A stretch of 64,000 bases of DNA. It comes from Dehalococcoidia bacterium (GTDB lineage Bacteria; Chloroflexota; Dehalococcoidia; Lucifugimonadales; Lucifugimonadaceae). The notes under the pieces were generated by a model. That model saw nothing but the letters and a program-made list of their open reading frames with translations, was not told the DNA's origin and did not search any database. Both the position numbers and the translations under genes were made by a program. Shown piece after piece: positions 46,561 through 57,429 of the stretch (position 1 is its first letter; each line of letters opens with the position of its first letter). The DNA lies in assembly GCA_965224305.1 (NCBI GenBank), contig OZ245044.1, positions 2,605,027 to 2,669,026 of the forward strand. The letters are read 5' to 3'.

Positions 46561-48309
46561 GTGGTAGGCAAAATCAGTGCGTCGGCGATCCTGATGGTCG
46601 TCATAAGCCTCTGGGTTTTGGCGATGATGGGATGCGCTGGTTCTGATCCCTCGCCCGCCGCAACCAGCGGATTCTTCACCGTTACCCCCAGTTTCAACAC
46701 GCCCGATGGTCTTAGCGAGGGGGCCAGTCTTTCCAAAGACATCGCGCCAATGGCATCAGATGGGGTCTTTCGCATGGAAACGGCGAACGCGATTGTCCCG
46801 GATCCGACCTTTTACTACGGCGATTTCTCCGCTTTTTTGCATGCGGAGATTTATTCGGGCTTGTTCAAGATAGTCGATAACGTCAACGCCCCGATCGAAC
46901 TGGATTTGGCTGAACGGTACTCGGTGTTGAACGGCGGTAAGACTTATGAAATCGTTTTGAGGAGGGGATTACAGTTCAGCGACGGGAGCCCGGTAACCAT
47001 GAGCGATGTGGCTTGGAGCTGGGCTCGTGCCCTCAGTCCCGCAACCGGTTCCCAACGCGCCCAAAGCATCCTAGGTGCCATTTCAGGTGCAGATGTCGTC
47101 GCCGATGGATTGGCGACCGAACTGAGCGGCGTCGCAGTTGTTGACGATCGTACTCTTAAAGTTGACCTCTCCTACCCCGCATCGAACTTCTTGGCATCGT
47201 TGGCCGATCCCGTGGCTTATGTTCTCAAACCCGAGAACGTCGCAAATTGGGGTGTAGATTTCTCCATTCTTCGGACAAAGGATTGGGCACCATTCCGAAT
47301 GAATGAAATGCCCATCGGAACAGGGCCATTCAAGATCGACAACTACAAATACGAAACGGGTCAGGTGTGGTTGTCCCGTAATGATTACTTTCATGGACCG
47401 CCTGCCAAATTGAGCGGGATCGAATTCGTGCCTAAAAAACCAAGTGAAATAGATCGGTTCGCAACTGGCGATGTCGATCTCACGTTCTTTTTCCCAGATG
47501 CTCGGACAGCGGGAAGCGATCCTTCACTCATCCCGATCCCGGAGCCGCCTTCGAGTACTTTCCTAGCGTTCAACAGTGCCGTCCCGCCGTTCGACGATGT
47601 TCATTTCCGGCGTGCTCTTCAATCATCGACCGACGTCGCAGCGTTGGGCGGCATTTGGCAACCTGCGAGCGGGCTCCTCCATCCTGACCTTCCCGGGTTC
47701 AATGAGAACCTACCATCGATTGCATACGACCCGGTCTACGCCTCTGAACTGTTGCAGAAATCCCAGTACGTTGACGACATCGGCAAAATGCGATTGTCTT
47801 TACACGAATACCTCGAGGAAGGCTTCGGTGGCGATCTCGAGAATATCGCCGATGCGTGGTTCAACCATTTGGGGTTGAGTTTCTCCGTTCATAGGATCTC
47901 CAGCGAAGCAAGCTATAGACGAGAATTGGTCAATGGTGAGGTTCAAATGGTGTACCGCACCGCTTACAATTCCTACCCGTCTCAGGAGGAGTTCCTGTGG
48001 GAATTCGTTACCTTGTTCGGAGAGGACAACGATGCTCCCGAGTTCGTGCAAGCAAGGCTAATGCTTGAACAGGCAGTGAAATTAGCGGATGCCGTCAAAA
48101 GGCTCGAAGCATACGCCGATGTCGAAAGGTACATCGTCGAAGAAGCCTTGATTGTACCGCTGTTTTGGACGTCAGCACATGATGGGAGATTGGCAAGGAT
48201 ACAGCCGTGGGTCGAAGGTTTCAACCCGTCGGCGTATCACTCGGGTTCGATTTTCAGGGAAGTGTGGTTTAACGCCTCGGCACCCGAGCGGCAGATTTCA
48301 ACGGAATAG
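46561..48309 (+). CDS. ABC transporter substrate-binding lipoprotein, family 5 (peptide/nickel type)
   Basis: Lipobox LAMMGCAG. GGKTYEIVLRRGLQFSDGSPVTMSDVAWSW is typical of SBP_bac_5. No permease or ATPase genes are adjacent. Confidence 0.85.
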   Translation: MVGKISASAILMVVISLWVLAMMGCAGSDPSPAATSGFFTVTPSFNTPDGLSEGASLSKDIAPMASDGVFRMETANAIVPDPTFYYGDFSAFLHAEIYSGLFKIVDNVNAPIELDLAERYSVLNGGKTYEIVLRRGLQFSDGSPVTMSDVAWSWARALSPATGSQRAQSILGAISGADVVADGLATELSGVAVVDDRTLKVDLSYPASNFLASLADPVAYVLKPENVANWGVDFSILRTKDWAPFRMNEMPIGTGPFKIDNYKYETGQVWLSRNDYFHGPPAKLSGIEFVPKKPSEIDRFATGDVDLTFFFPDARTAGSDPSLIPIPEPPSSTFLAFNSAVPPFDDVHFRRALQSSTDVAALGGIWQPASGLLHPDLPGFNENLPSIAYDPVYASELLQKSQYVDDIGKMRLSLHEYLEEGFGGDLENIADAWFNHLGLSFSVHRISSEASYRRELVNGEVQMVYRTAYNSYPSQEEFLWEFVTLFGEDNDAPEFVQARLMLEQAVKLADAVKRLEAYADVERYIVEEALIVPLFWTSAHDGRLARIQPWVEGFNPSAYHSGSIFREVWFNASAPERQISTE

Positions 48310-48394
48310 CCAGCCTTGGAGGTCACGAAATCCCGAACCCTCTGACTTCGTCAGCAACTTCCAGAAAACCCAAGATCAGAGCTTACAAAAACAT

Positions 48395-48425
48395 AGACCG
48401 TCGCAGTGGCGACGGTCTCGATCCT
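48395..48425 (+). repeat. Stem-loop element copy 1 (agaccgtcgc-agtg-gcgacggtct + cgatcct)
   Basis: Perfect 10-bp stem. A related copy lies 111 nt downstream. Confidence 0.6.
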
Positions 48426-48505
48426 CTAGGTGAAGCTCAGGGAGCATCACACGATTGTTCGAGATTTTCGCGTACCAGTCAACCCAACTACGACCAAATA
48501 AACAC

Positions 48506-48540
48506 AGAGACCGCCTCTTTGCAGTGGCGGTCTCAATCCT
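48506..48540 (+). repeat. Stem-loop element copy 2 (gagaccgcc-tctttgcagt-ggcggtctc + aatcct)
   Basis: Perfect 9-bp stem. It shares the gaccg...gcagtggcg.cggtctc.atcct framework with copy 1. Confidence 0.6.
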
Positions 48541-48603
48541 GCCACCGAAGCGAACAGGAGGAACTCAACCTAATTTTAACTCCCATCCCATATCATCCCC
48601 TCC

Positions 48604-50313
48604 ATGACCTCCTCAAACATCTCGATCCAACGCGATGCTGAGTGTACGACCCGCGACGGCACGATCCTGCGCGGGGACATCTACTACCAATCCGACTCTG
48701 AACCCCAACCCGTCCTAGTCTGCCGAACCCCATACAACAAACTCCTGCCACGTTACCAAGAGCACGCGATCGACATCACCAACGGCGGTTACACGGTCGT
48801 TGTCCAGGACATGCGGGGCCGATACGCCTCCGATGGCGAATACTTCTGGATGTGGCGCGACAAGCACGAAACGACGGATATTCAGGACGGTTACGACACC
48901 ATCGAATGGGCCGCAAAACTCCCGCAATCCGACGGCCGCGTCGGAACGTGGGGCCACTCCAACGCATCCTGGGCGATTTGGATGACTCTGCACTCCAATC
49001 TGCCCAGCCTCGCCGCCGCACTCGCATCCGGTATCTCGATGAACATGCTCGACATCACCTTTGGTGTCTGGGAGAATGGCCGCCGCCTCGAGTGGACGTA
49101 CATGATGGCCGCAGACGTCCGACGCCGTGAGGGCCGAAGCGACGGACCCATCACTCCCGAAGAGGCCACCTTCCGTTGGAACGCAGTCGAACGTTCCAAG
49201 TACATCTGGTGGCTACCCCTCGAAGACATACCCGAGCATGTTTTCGCCGGGCTTACCGAGCAGTACCAAACCTTCCTCCGAAACACCCGACAAGACTTTA
49301 TGCGCTTCGACGAGGCGCATGCGAAGGTCGAAGTTCCGGTTATGCAGATCACTGGATGGTGGGACCGCCTAATAGGAACGATCAATAACTACGAAGGACT
49401 AATCACAAACGGCGATCCAGATCTACGCGATAAGCACCGGCTAATAGTCGGTCCGTGGGGACACGATGCCACCAACTACACCGGCACCGTCGGACCCGTC
49501 GACTATGGCCCCGACGCCCAGACTACCTACACCGACCTAATCGTCCGTTGGTACGACTATGTTCTCAAAGGCATCGACAACGGCATTGCCGACGAAAAAC
49601 CTGTCCAACTCTTCGTCCTCAACCGCAACGAATGGATAGGCGCCGAAGCCTGGCCGTTGCCGGAAACGCAGTACACCGATCTTTATCTCTCGTCTTTTGG
49701 CGAGGCCAACACCGTCTACGGTGACGGTATGCTGACCTTCGATCAAAAGCCCGGCGCCATGTCGGACGAGTTCGACTACGACCCCCGCGACCCCGTGATG
49801 TCGCTGATGCACCAGAACTCCCAGTCCATCCCCATCGATCAATCCCCCAACGACCACCGACACGACATACTCGTTTACGAGACCGAACCTATGACCGAAG
49901 ACCTCGATGTCATCGGCCCCGTCCGCCTGAAACTCTGGGCAACCACCGATGCACCTGAGACCGATTTTGCGGTCAAACTAGCCATCGTGCACGAAGGCGG
50001 ACTGTGCATGAACCTTACCTACGGCATCATCCGCACCACCAACCGCGACGGTTACGACCGCACCGCCTACACGGAAATCGGCGTCCCCTACGAATACGAC
50101 ATCAAATTGAATCCAATTGGTTGCCGGTTCCTAAAGGGACAAAGGATTCGTCTCTATATTGCGAGCTCAGATTTCCCGAATTTCGATCGCAACCACAACA
50201 CTGGAAAAGACTACTGGTCGGATACCGAGTTCAGAGTCGCCCATCAGGTCGTCTATCACAACGAAGAGATGCCTTCGCGGGTAATTCTCCCAGTAATTCC
50301 GAGAGCAAAATAG
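48604..50313 (+). CDS. CocE/NonD-family hydrolase (X-Pro dipeptidyl-peptidase S15-like)
   Basis: LVCRTPYNK..., WGHSNASW nucleophile region and a C-terminal beta-domain with SSDFPNFDRNHNTG. Confidence 0.85.
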   Translation: MTSSNISIQRDAECTTRDGTILRGDIYYQSDSEPQPVLVCRTPYNKLLPRYQEHAIDITNGGYTVVVQDMRGRYASDGEYFWMWRDKHETTDIQDGYDTIEWAAKLPQSDGRVGTWGHSNASWAIWMTLHSNLPSLAAALASGISMNMLDITFGVWENGRRLEWTYMMAADVRRREGRSDGPITPEEATFRWNAVERSKYIWWLPLEDIPEHVFAGLTEQYQTFLRNTRQDFMRFDEAHAKVEVPVMQITGWWDRLIGTINNYEGLITNGDPDLRDKHRLIVGPWGHDATNYTGTVGPVDYGPDAQTTYTDLIVRWYDYVLKGIDNGIADEKPVQLFVLNRNEWIGAEAWPLPETQYTDLYLSSFGEANTVYGDGMLTFDQKPGAMSDEFDYDPRDPVMSLMHQNSQSIPIDQSPNDHRHDILVYETEPMTEDLDVIGPVRLKLWATTDAPETDFAVKLAIVHEGGLCMNLTYGIIRTTNRDGYDRTAYTEIGVPYEYDIKLNPIGCRFLKGQRIRLYIASSDFPNFDRNHNTGKDYWSDTEFRVAHQVVYHNEEMPSRVILPVIPRAK

Positions 50314-50325
50314 GCACGGCTGTCT

Positions 50326-52057
50326 GTGGCCAGAGCAGAATCGCATATTCGCTACGAACCCGATGAGATTCCCCCGCCATTAGTGGCGATCGGTGCAGGC
50401 CTACAAGCGACGATTTTGATCGTTACGCCGGTGGTGTTGACGGTAGTGATTGTTGCTCGATTGGCAAATGCATCCGAAGACTACGTGACGTGGGGCGTGT
50501 TCGCGGCGATGATCATCAGCGGTTTGACCACCATCTTGCAGGTCGTGCGGGTAGGTAGGATCGGGTCGGGATACGTGCTCATCATGGGCACATCGGCGGC
50601 GTTTATTGCGGTATGTGTCGCGGCGTTGGTGAAGGCGGGCCCTGCGACTATGGCGAGTCTGATCATCGTTTCATCCATATTTCAGTTTTTGCTAGCGGCT
50701 CGTCTTTCTTGGTTGAGACGGATCTTCACCCCGGTCGTGGCCGGGACAGTGATCATGTTGATCGCAGCGACGGTGGTTCCGCTGATATTCGACGCATTTG
50801 GCGATGTACCGGAAGGAACGTCCGAAGTCGCCGCTCCTCTGGTAGTTTCTAGTCACGTTGATCGTTGTGGGCGTTTTGGTGTTGCGCGGTCCTCCGGGTT
50901 TGAGGTTGTGGTCGCCAGTCATCGGCGTCGCTGTCGGGTGTCTCGTAGGGGTGCCGTTCGGCCCTTATGACCTGCAACAGGTGGCTGATGCGAAGTGGGT
51001 AGGTGTGCCGTTCAGGTCTTGGCCCGGAATCGAACTGACTCCCGGTGTCGAGTTTTGGGCGTTGTTACCAGCGTTCGTCGTGGTAACCATCATTGGTGCG
51101 ATCGAGACGATCGGCGACGGCGTGGCGATTCAGAAGGTTTCGCAACGGGATCCTCGGGCGACCGATTTCAGAGTTGCGCAAGGCGCACTAAATACGGACG
51201 GCGTTGGAAATCTATTGTCCGGCATCTTGGGGACGCTGCCGAACACGACGTATTCGACTAGCGTCTCGCTCGCCGAAGTGACGGGAGTGGCGGCACGGCG
51301 TGTGGGAGTTGTGATCGGTATCGCTTTGGTGGCTTTGGCTTTCTTCCCGAAAGTTGCGGCGTTGATCATCGCCATACCGGATCCGGTGGCATACATTTTG
51401 GTGCTCATCGCGTTGCTTTTTCTGCAGGGCATGAGGATCGTAATCCAAGATGGATTGGATCACCGAAAAGCGTTGATAGTGGGGTTGTCGTTCTGGGTTG
51501 GTGTAGGGTTCCAAAACGGTTGGATCTATCCGGACCTATTGGGCGATGGATTCTTGGGCGTGCTGTTGGGCAACGGAATGACATCTGGTGCATTGGTGGC
51601 GATCACGGCGATGTTGTTCATGGAGATTACTGCACCTAGGCGGAAGCGAGTGAGGTTGGTGTTGGACGCGAATGCTTTGCCGCAATTGAACGAATTCCTC
51701 CGCGGCTTCGCCGCATCATCGGGATGGGGCGAGATGAGTCAGAATCGAATCGCACTGGTAGGCGAAGAGACTTTGGCGAGCTTGTTGGATGCGACAGACG
51801 ATGCAGTTGAAGCGGATAGCCCCAGGAGGTTGATCGTTGCGGCGCACGCAGTTGGTCGCGAAATCGAGTTGGAGTTTATCGCGGCATCCGAAAGTGAAAA
51901 CCTCGAGGATCAGTTGTCATATCTAGGCGAGACGCCGGACATCGCGGATGACCGCGAGATCTCATTCCGACTTTTGCGACATTACGCGTCTTCGGTGCGA
52001 CATCAGAAGTATCACGGCGTGGACGTCGTGACGGTGAACGTCGCGCGCGCGGTATAG
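50326..52057 (+). pseudogene. NCS2/solute-carrier-23-like nucleobase permease with a +1 frameshift and a ~130-aa C-terminal extension
   Basis: ORF 50326..50970 and ORF 50858..52057 encode consecutive parts of one permease (...AAPLVV | LVTLIVVGVLVL...; NTTYSTSVSLAEVTG motif). The frames switch at the gtagtttcta run near 50842-50850. Confidence 0.7.
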
Positions 52058-52177
52058 GGGTTGGTTCCGTCGCCTGACGGTAGCCGCGATTAAATCATGG
52101 GTGGACGCCCGCGATCGCGTTATCCTTGATCTCACGGCACGAACCGCTCTACCTACGATCAAGGAAAACCCGCAATC

Positions 52178-54133
52178 ATGACGACCACCGCGCCTTACGG
52201 ATCTTGGAAATCCCCGATAGCAGCAGAGATGCTAGTCAGCGGCGGTAAACGACGTCTTACCGAGATCAGGTGCGACAAGGAAGACATTTACTGGCTCGAT
52301 GCACGACCGAGCGAGGGCGGTCGCATCGTCATCATGCGACTTTCCCCCGAAGGTGATACGAAAGATCTCACGCCTGCACCGTTCAACTCGCGAAACGCGG
52401 TGCACGAGTATGGTGGTGGATCGTTCGCGGTTCGAAACCGGACCCTGTACTTCACCAACTGGTCCGATCAGCGAATCTACGTCCAAGACGACGGTGGCGA
52501 ACCGCGACCGTTGACCGCCGAACCGGGCATCCCGCGCGGCTCCCGGTACGCTGACTTGAATCTGACCCCGAACGGCAAGTTCCTCCTCTGCGTCCGAGAA
52601 ACCCATACCGACGATGGCAATGAAGCAACCAACGAAATCGTAGCGATCGACACGACGAGCGGGGAAGCCCAAATCATCGCGAGCGGCCGCGACTTTTACT
52701 GTGCGCCGAGAGTTGCTGCGAATCATGACGGTATTGTGTGGACTGAGTGGGATCATCCCAACATGCCGTGGGACGGCAATTACTTGGTGTCCGGTTCATT
52801 CGATTCGAACAACGCCTCCGTCAGCACCACATCAACGTTGACCGGCGGCCAAGACGAGGCCATCGTGCAACCTTTGTGGAGCTATGACGGAACTCTCAAC
52901 TTCGTAACTGATTGCACAGGGTGGTGGAACGTACACGCATGGCGCGGTGGCGATATGGTCAACCTCCTGAAAGAGGAATCTGACCACGGCAGGCCAGACT
53001 GGCAGTTCGGCTTCTCGTCGTACGCACACCTGCCGGACGGGAGGATCGCACTCGGCAAGGGTGGTGTTACGTCTGGTAGTGTCATCGTGATCGATCCCGC
53101 GTCGGGCTCTACACAAAGGATTGAGATACTGTACAGCGAAGTTTCGTACATTACCGCCGACAGCCAAGGCGAATCGCTCTACTTCATCGGCTCATCGCCG
53201 ACCGATGAACCCGCCATCATAAAGCTAGAACTCGGAACCCAAAGTTGCGAAACGATCTATTCTCCGAGTTCTGTGAACGTCGAACCCGGCTATCTTTCGT
53301 CTCCGCGACACGTCGTTTTTCCGACCACTGAAAGCGGCGAAGCGCACGCGTTTTACTACGAACCAACCAATCAAGATTTCGCGGCGCCAAAGAACGAGCT
53401 TCCACCCCTCGTCACGATCTGTCATGGAGGCCCGACGAGCGCATCCGGCACGGGCCTCGACCTCTCGACCCACTACTGGACGAGCCGCGGTTTCGCGGTG
53501 GTAGATGTGAACTATCGAGGGTCTTCAGGCTACGGCAAGGAGTTCCGTGACGCGCTGAAGGGCAAGTGGGGCATCTACGATACTGACGACTGTATAGCCG
53601 CCGCGCAATATCTGATCGATCAAGGATTGGTCGACAAGGATCGTGTCATAATCCGCGGCGGATCAGCGGGCGGATATACAACCATCAACGCGTTGACGTT
53701 CCACGATTTCTTCGCCGCGGGTGCCGCTCTGTACGGTATCGCCGACCTCATGGTCTTCATCGGCGACACTCACAAGTTCGAGTCTCGTTACCTCGAGTCG
53801 TTGGTAGGTCCGTATCCGGCGGAGGCGCAACGGTATCATGACCGCTCGGCCATCAACTTCATGGATCAACTCGCCACCCCGATGATCATCTTGCAGGGGT
53901 TGGAGGATGAGATCGTCCCGCCATCCCAAGCCGAAATGATGGTCGAAGCCCTCGAATCAAAGGGGCTTCCGTACGCTTACATCGGCTTCCCCGGCGAGCA
54001 ACATGGGTTCCGTCAGGCGGCGAACATCATTCGAGCGCAGGAGGCGGAGCTGTATTTCTACGGGAAGGTATTAGGTTTCGAGCCGGCGGACGAGATTGGG
54101 CAGGACGTTGTGGAGGTTCGAAATCTCGACTAG
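52178..54133 (+). CDS. S9-family serine peptidase (prolyl oligopeptidase/acylaminoacyl peptidase type)
   Basis: N-terminal beta-propeller region and catalytic IRGGSAGGYTT (GxSxGG). Confidence 0.85.
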   Translation: MTTTAPYGSWKSPIAAEMLVSGGKRRLTEIRCDKEDIYWLDARPSEGGRIVIMRLSPEGDTKDLTPAPFNSRNAVHEYGGGSFAVRNRTLYFTNWSDQRIYVQDDGGEPRPLTAEPGIPRGSRYADLNLTPNGKFLLCVRETHTDDGNEATNEIVAIDTTSGEAQIIASGRDFYCAPRVAANHDGIVWTEWDHPNMPWDGNYLVSGSFDSNNASVSTTSTLTGGQDEAIVQPLWSYDGTLNFVTDCTGWWNVHAWRGGDMVNLLKEESDHGRPDWQFGFSSYAHLPDGRIALGKGGVTSGSVIVIDPASGSTQRIEILYSEVSYITADSQGESLYFIGSSPTDEPAIIKLELGTQSCETIYSPSSVNVEPGYLSSPRHVVFPTTESGEAHAFYYEPTNQDFAAPKNELPPLVTICHGGPTSASGTGLDLSTHYWTSRGFAVVDVNYRGSSGYGKEFRDALKGKWGIYDTDDCIAAAQYLIDQGLVDKDRVIIRGGSAGGYTTINALTFHDFFAAGAALYGIADLMVFIGDTHKFESRYLESLVGPYPAEAQRYHDRSAINFMDQLATPMIILQGLEDEIVPPSQAEMMVEALESKGLPYAYIGFPGEQHGFRQAANIIRAQEAELYFYGKVLGFEPADEIGQDVVEVRNLD

Positions 54134-54315
54134 GCGCTGGAGCCAACGCGACAACCCGATCATGCGGTCGACAACCCAAATGACGCGTAGGCGATGACTC
54201 GGGAAATTGGCTTCGTCCAAATCACTGGTTTCGTATTCGCTGTAGGCGTCGCCAGCTGGACGCCGAGCCGAGGCGCCCAGTGGGTGACACAATTCGTGGT
54301 TGAGTTATCGGGTCA

Positions 54316-55278
54316 TCAGCCTGCGGCGATCGCCCCGCCGTATCGGGATGCGACGCGCGGGACGCCGCACTCGTCTAGGAAGACTTCCAACTCATCAAGC
54401 AGGTGTTGCGGTGCTCGATTCGACGGCGGGCGAGGGGGGCCTGCCTTGAGGCCGACAGCCTCCATGGCGGATTTGATGAACGGTCCTTCGCCTCCAGTCA
54501 TGGCGCTCACTTTGGCACGCCACTCTGTCCATTTCCACTTGAAGTCGGCGAGCCTCTGTCGCGCCGCTTCGTATTCACGTTGCTCGAGCAGGTTCCAGAT
54601 TTCTGCGGGGTACTCGGGCCAGAAGCCGCTGAGGTGCGTGATAAAGCCGCGTGCTCCCATGATGTGGCTGAAGATCTGCTGTCCAGAGTTGTCAATGCAG
54701 ACCAAACGGTCGGCGAGGTCGCTGAGGCCTTGGCGATATACCGATTCGTTGGGTGCGGACCATTTGAGCGCCCGGACTGTTTCGATGTCGGCAAGGTCAC
54801 TCAAGAGGCCCAAGCTCATGGTCAGGCCTTCCCACCAGGTGTGGTAGATCATTATCGAGACGTCGGACTCGTTGGATACGAGCTCGAAGAGTCGGTAGGC
54901 ATCGCCCTCTGTCGGTTCGTAGTAGTAGGTGGGTCCGAGTTGGACGCCGCCGAGACCGGTTGCGTGGGCGTGGTTGGCGAGTTCGATGATGACGCGGTAG
55001 TCGGTGTGTTGGACGCTGGTTAGGACTGGTGCTTCGCCGTTGGCGGCTTCCATAGCTGCGGTCATTACCGCTTTGCGCTCGTCAAGGTTCATCGTGGGAT
55101 GCTCACCGCCGGCGCCGCCTACGAGCAACGTGCCTTGCCCGGTGTGGACGCCGTTTTCGACCATGTATCGGATGTTGGTCTGCAGGGCGTCGAGGTCGAG
55201 GGAGTAGTCCTCTTTGAATGGTGTTGCGACTGCGACCATGGGTCCGCACAGCCAATCTCGCATGTTTTCAGGGTTCAC
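54316..55278 (-). CDS. Dihydrodipicolinate synthase/N-acetylneuraminate lyase family protein
   Basis: VAVATPFKEDYSLDLDALQTNIRYMVENGV...GGAGGEHPTMNLDERKAV pattern of the DHDPS family. Confidence 0.7.
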   Translation of the reverse strand: MNPENMRDWLCGPMVAVATPFKEDYSLDLDALQTNIRYMVENGVHTGQGTLLVGGAGGEHPTMNLDERKAVMTAAMEAANGEAPVLTSVQHTDYRVIIELANHAHATGLGGVQLGPTYYYEPTEGDAYRLFELVSNESDVSIMIYHTWWEGLTMSLGLLSDLADIETVRALKWSAPNESVYRQGLSDLADRLVCIDNSGQQIFSHIMGARGFITHLSGFWPEYPAEIWNLLEQREYEAARQRLADFKWKWTEWRAKVSAMTGGEGPFIKSAMEAVGLKAGPPRPPSNRAPQHLLDELEVFLDECGVPRVASRYGGAIAAG

Positions 55279-55329
55279 TTGTTGATCCTCTTTTTGGGAG
55301 TTGAAATCTCGTTGGCAACTGACTATATA

Positions 55330-55872
55330 TCAACCGCTGAGAGCTTCCCACTCGCTCCTTAAAATCCCGTAGTAATGGTAGTCCTGACGCATTCCGCGAT
55401 TAACTCCTTGACTCCGGAGCGTCCCTTCCCTCGTCATGCCGATCTTCTCCATTACACGCCAGGAACCGATGTTCTCGACATCCGCCCAGGAATAGATCTT
55501 CTGCAACTCGAACTCCTCGAATCCACAATTCACGACCGCGGCTGCAACCTCCGTCATCAGGCCTCGATTCCAATGCGCTCGGGCTAAGCCGTAGTGCAAT
55601 GACCCGACCAATATCGGTGCCTCGACGTTCAAATCGATTCCTCCGATTACGACGCCTTGATATTCGATTGCAAAACCAAGTCTCTCATCACGGTTCCGCA
55701 AGATGTTTTGAGCGACGAATTCTTCTGCGTCCTTTAGGATGTATGGGCTTGGGACCGGAAGAAAGCGCGACCATTCGGGGTCAGCGGCATACGCCAGAAC
55801 GTCATGGACATCTTCGAACCGGAACGGTCGGAGGAAGAGACGTTCTGTGCGGAGGGTCGTGGGCTCGGGCAT
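55330..55872 (-). CDS. GNAT N-acetyltransferase (RimJ/RimL-like)
   Basis: LRTERLFLRPFRFEDVHDVLAYAADPEW...HWNRGLMTE...NIGSWRVMEKIGM. Confidence 0.85.
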   Translation of the reverse strand: MPEPTTLRTERLFLRPFRFEDVHDVLAYAADPEWSRFLPVPSPYILKDAEEFVAQNILRNRDERLGFAIEYQGVVIGGIDLNVEAPILVGSLHYGLARAHWNRGLMTEVAAAVVNCGFEEFELQKIYSWADVENIGSWRVMEKIGMTREGTLRSQGVNRGMRQDYHYYGILRSEWEALSG

Positions 55873-55879
55873 CGAGCCT

Positions 55880-57070
55880 CTATCCTTCCGCCATCCAACT
55901 AGGTTCGCTTAGGTTTTTCACGACCGCTTGGAGGAATTCGGCGGCTGGTGCGCCGTCCCAGGCTCGGTGGTCGAACGTTAGGGAGAAGTATCCGATGGAT
56001 CGGACTTCGATGTCGCCGGATGTGGTGACGGTGGGTTGTTGGATCACTCGGCCTACTCCGAGGATGCCGACTTCGGGTGGGTTGATGAGGGGTGTGAAGT
56101 TTTCGATGTCGTACGAGGAGAGGTTGGTGAGGGAGAAGGTGCTGCCTGATAGTTCGGCTACGCGGAGTTCGTTGGCTTTGGATTTGCGAACCAGTTCTCG
56201 GACTGCTAGGGCGAGTTCGAGCGGTGTTTTGCTTTCGGCGTCTCGGATGACGGGTACTAGGAGTCCGTCGGGGACGGCGAGCGCGAAGCCGAGGTTGACG
56301 GTGTCGAAGATCTGTACCTCTTTATCTGTGATGTGGGCGTTTGCGAGGGGGTGATCTTTGAGAGCTTTGACGGTGGCTGCTATCGCAAGGTCTTGGTATT
56401 GGGGTCGGACACGTGATCGGCGCCACTTTCGGGTGAGTTGGCGTTGGGTGGCAGTTGTTTCAGTTACGTCGGCGGAGGTGTTGAGGGTCACGAGGGCGCC
56501 TGAAGCGCTTTCGGACATGCGTCGGGCGATGACGCCTCGGATGCCGGTAAGCGGGATGGTGCGGCTCGGTTCCATGCCGACATGAGAGGTTGGCGTTCCA
56601 CCTTCTGCTGCGGCTCGGACGTCGTCTTCGCTGATCCGGCCGCTGGGGCCGGTCCCGGCTTCGATGGTGTCGAGGTCGACGTTTAGTTCGCGTGCGAGGC
56701 GGCGGGCTCGTGGGGTGACTACGAGATTGCCGCCGGATCGGGCGGTAGCAGGGGCACGGCGTGAACGGCGAGTTGTGGGTCTTGATCGTTCGCGGGGTTG
56801 TTCTGCCTCGGGCAGGTCACTGTCGGATTCGCCGGCCATGAGGAGAAGTCCGAGGATGGTGCCTACGGGGACGGTCTTGCCTTCTTCGACGATTATGCGG
56901 CCGAGCGTGCCATCGGCTGTGGCTTCTACTTCCGCGCTAACTTTGGTGGATTCGATCTCGACGAGGGGTTCGCCTTTGATGACGGGATCACCGACGGCTT
57001 TGAGCCATTTGATGACCTGCCCTTCGTTCATTCCCATGCCCCATTGCGGAAGAATTATGTTACCTGGCAT
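55880..57070 (-). CDS. 2-oxoacid dehydrogenase E2 (dihydrolipoamide acyltransferase)
   Basis: Lipoyl domain (GEPLVEIESTKVSAEVEA), an E3/E1-binding segment (TPRARRLARELNVDL) and catalytic SLTFDHRAWDGAPAAEFL. Confidence 0.85.
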   Translation of the reverse strand: MPGNIILPQWGMGMNEGQVIKWLKAVGDPVIKGEPLVEIESTKVSAEVEATADGTLGRIIVEEGKTVPVGTILGLLLMAGESDSDLPEAEQPRERSRPTTRRSRRAPATARSGGNLVVTPRARRLARELNVDLDTIEAGTGPSGRISEDDVRAAAEGGTPTSHVGMEPSRTIPLTGIRGVIARRMSESASGALVTLNTSADVTETTATQRQLTRKWRRSRVRPQYQDLAIAATVKALKDHPLANAHITDKEVQIFDTVNLGFALAVPDGLLVPVIRDAESKTPLELALAVRELVRKSKANELRVAELSGSTFSLTNLSSYDIENFTPLINPPEVGILGVGRVIQQPTVTTSGDIEVRSIGYFSLTFDHRAWDGAPAAEFLQAVVKNLSEPSWMAEG

Positions 57071-57285
57071 ATCTTGACGTTGTCCCTGATGTGGTCTCGG
57101 TTGTGAGGTGAAATCCGAGAAATCATCTTAACAGGGTGCGTTGATTGAACCGCGTTTCACGATTGATTTGTGATGGGTTGTGATTGGAGCGGGTGTGTTC
57201 AATTGACCTGTGTGGGTGTTCACCGGTTGATGTGATTTCAGAAGGGGTTTTGTTGTTGTCAAGTCTTGGTTATTGATTTATGGGC

Positions 57286-57349
57286 GCCCCCTCACCCCCG
57301 GTTCAAGCCCGGGGCAGGCTCTAGCCCTCTCCCGCGAGGGGAGAGGGGA
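57286..57349. repeat. REP-like palindromic element, copy 2
   Basis: gccccctcaccccc, hairpin ccccgg-ttcaagc-ccgggg, then ccctctccc (57325-33) / gggagaggg (57339-47). It shares modules with 44598-44636. Confidence 0.7.
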
Positions 57350-57429
57350 CAATCGTTTGGTTGTCGAAGCATCGCGGCATCGTTGCTTGGGTTCGCGCGG
57401 GCGAAACTGGTTGGTAACTTTTTATACAA

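Noticed and set aside
48395-48540. Two similar stem-loops as a mini CRISPR array
   Set aside because: There are only two copies, they are not identical, the loops differ and the spacing is irregular. No cas genes are present.
54194-54847. 217-aa plus-strand ORF
   Set aside because: It is entirely antisense to the DHDPS-family gene (54316..55278) and has a Ser/Arg/Ala-rich composition.
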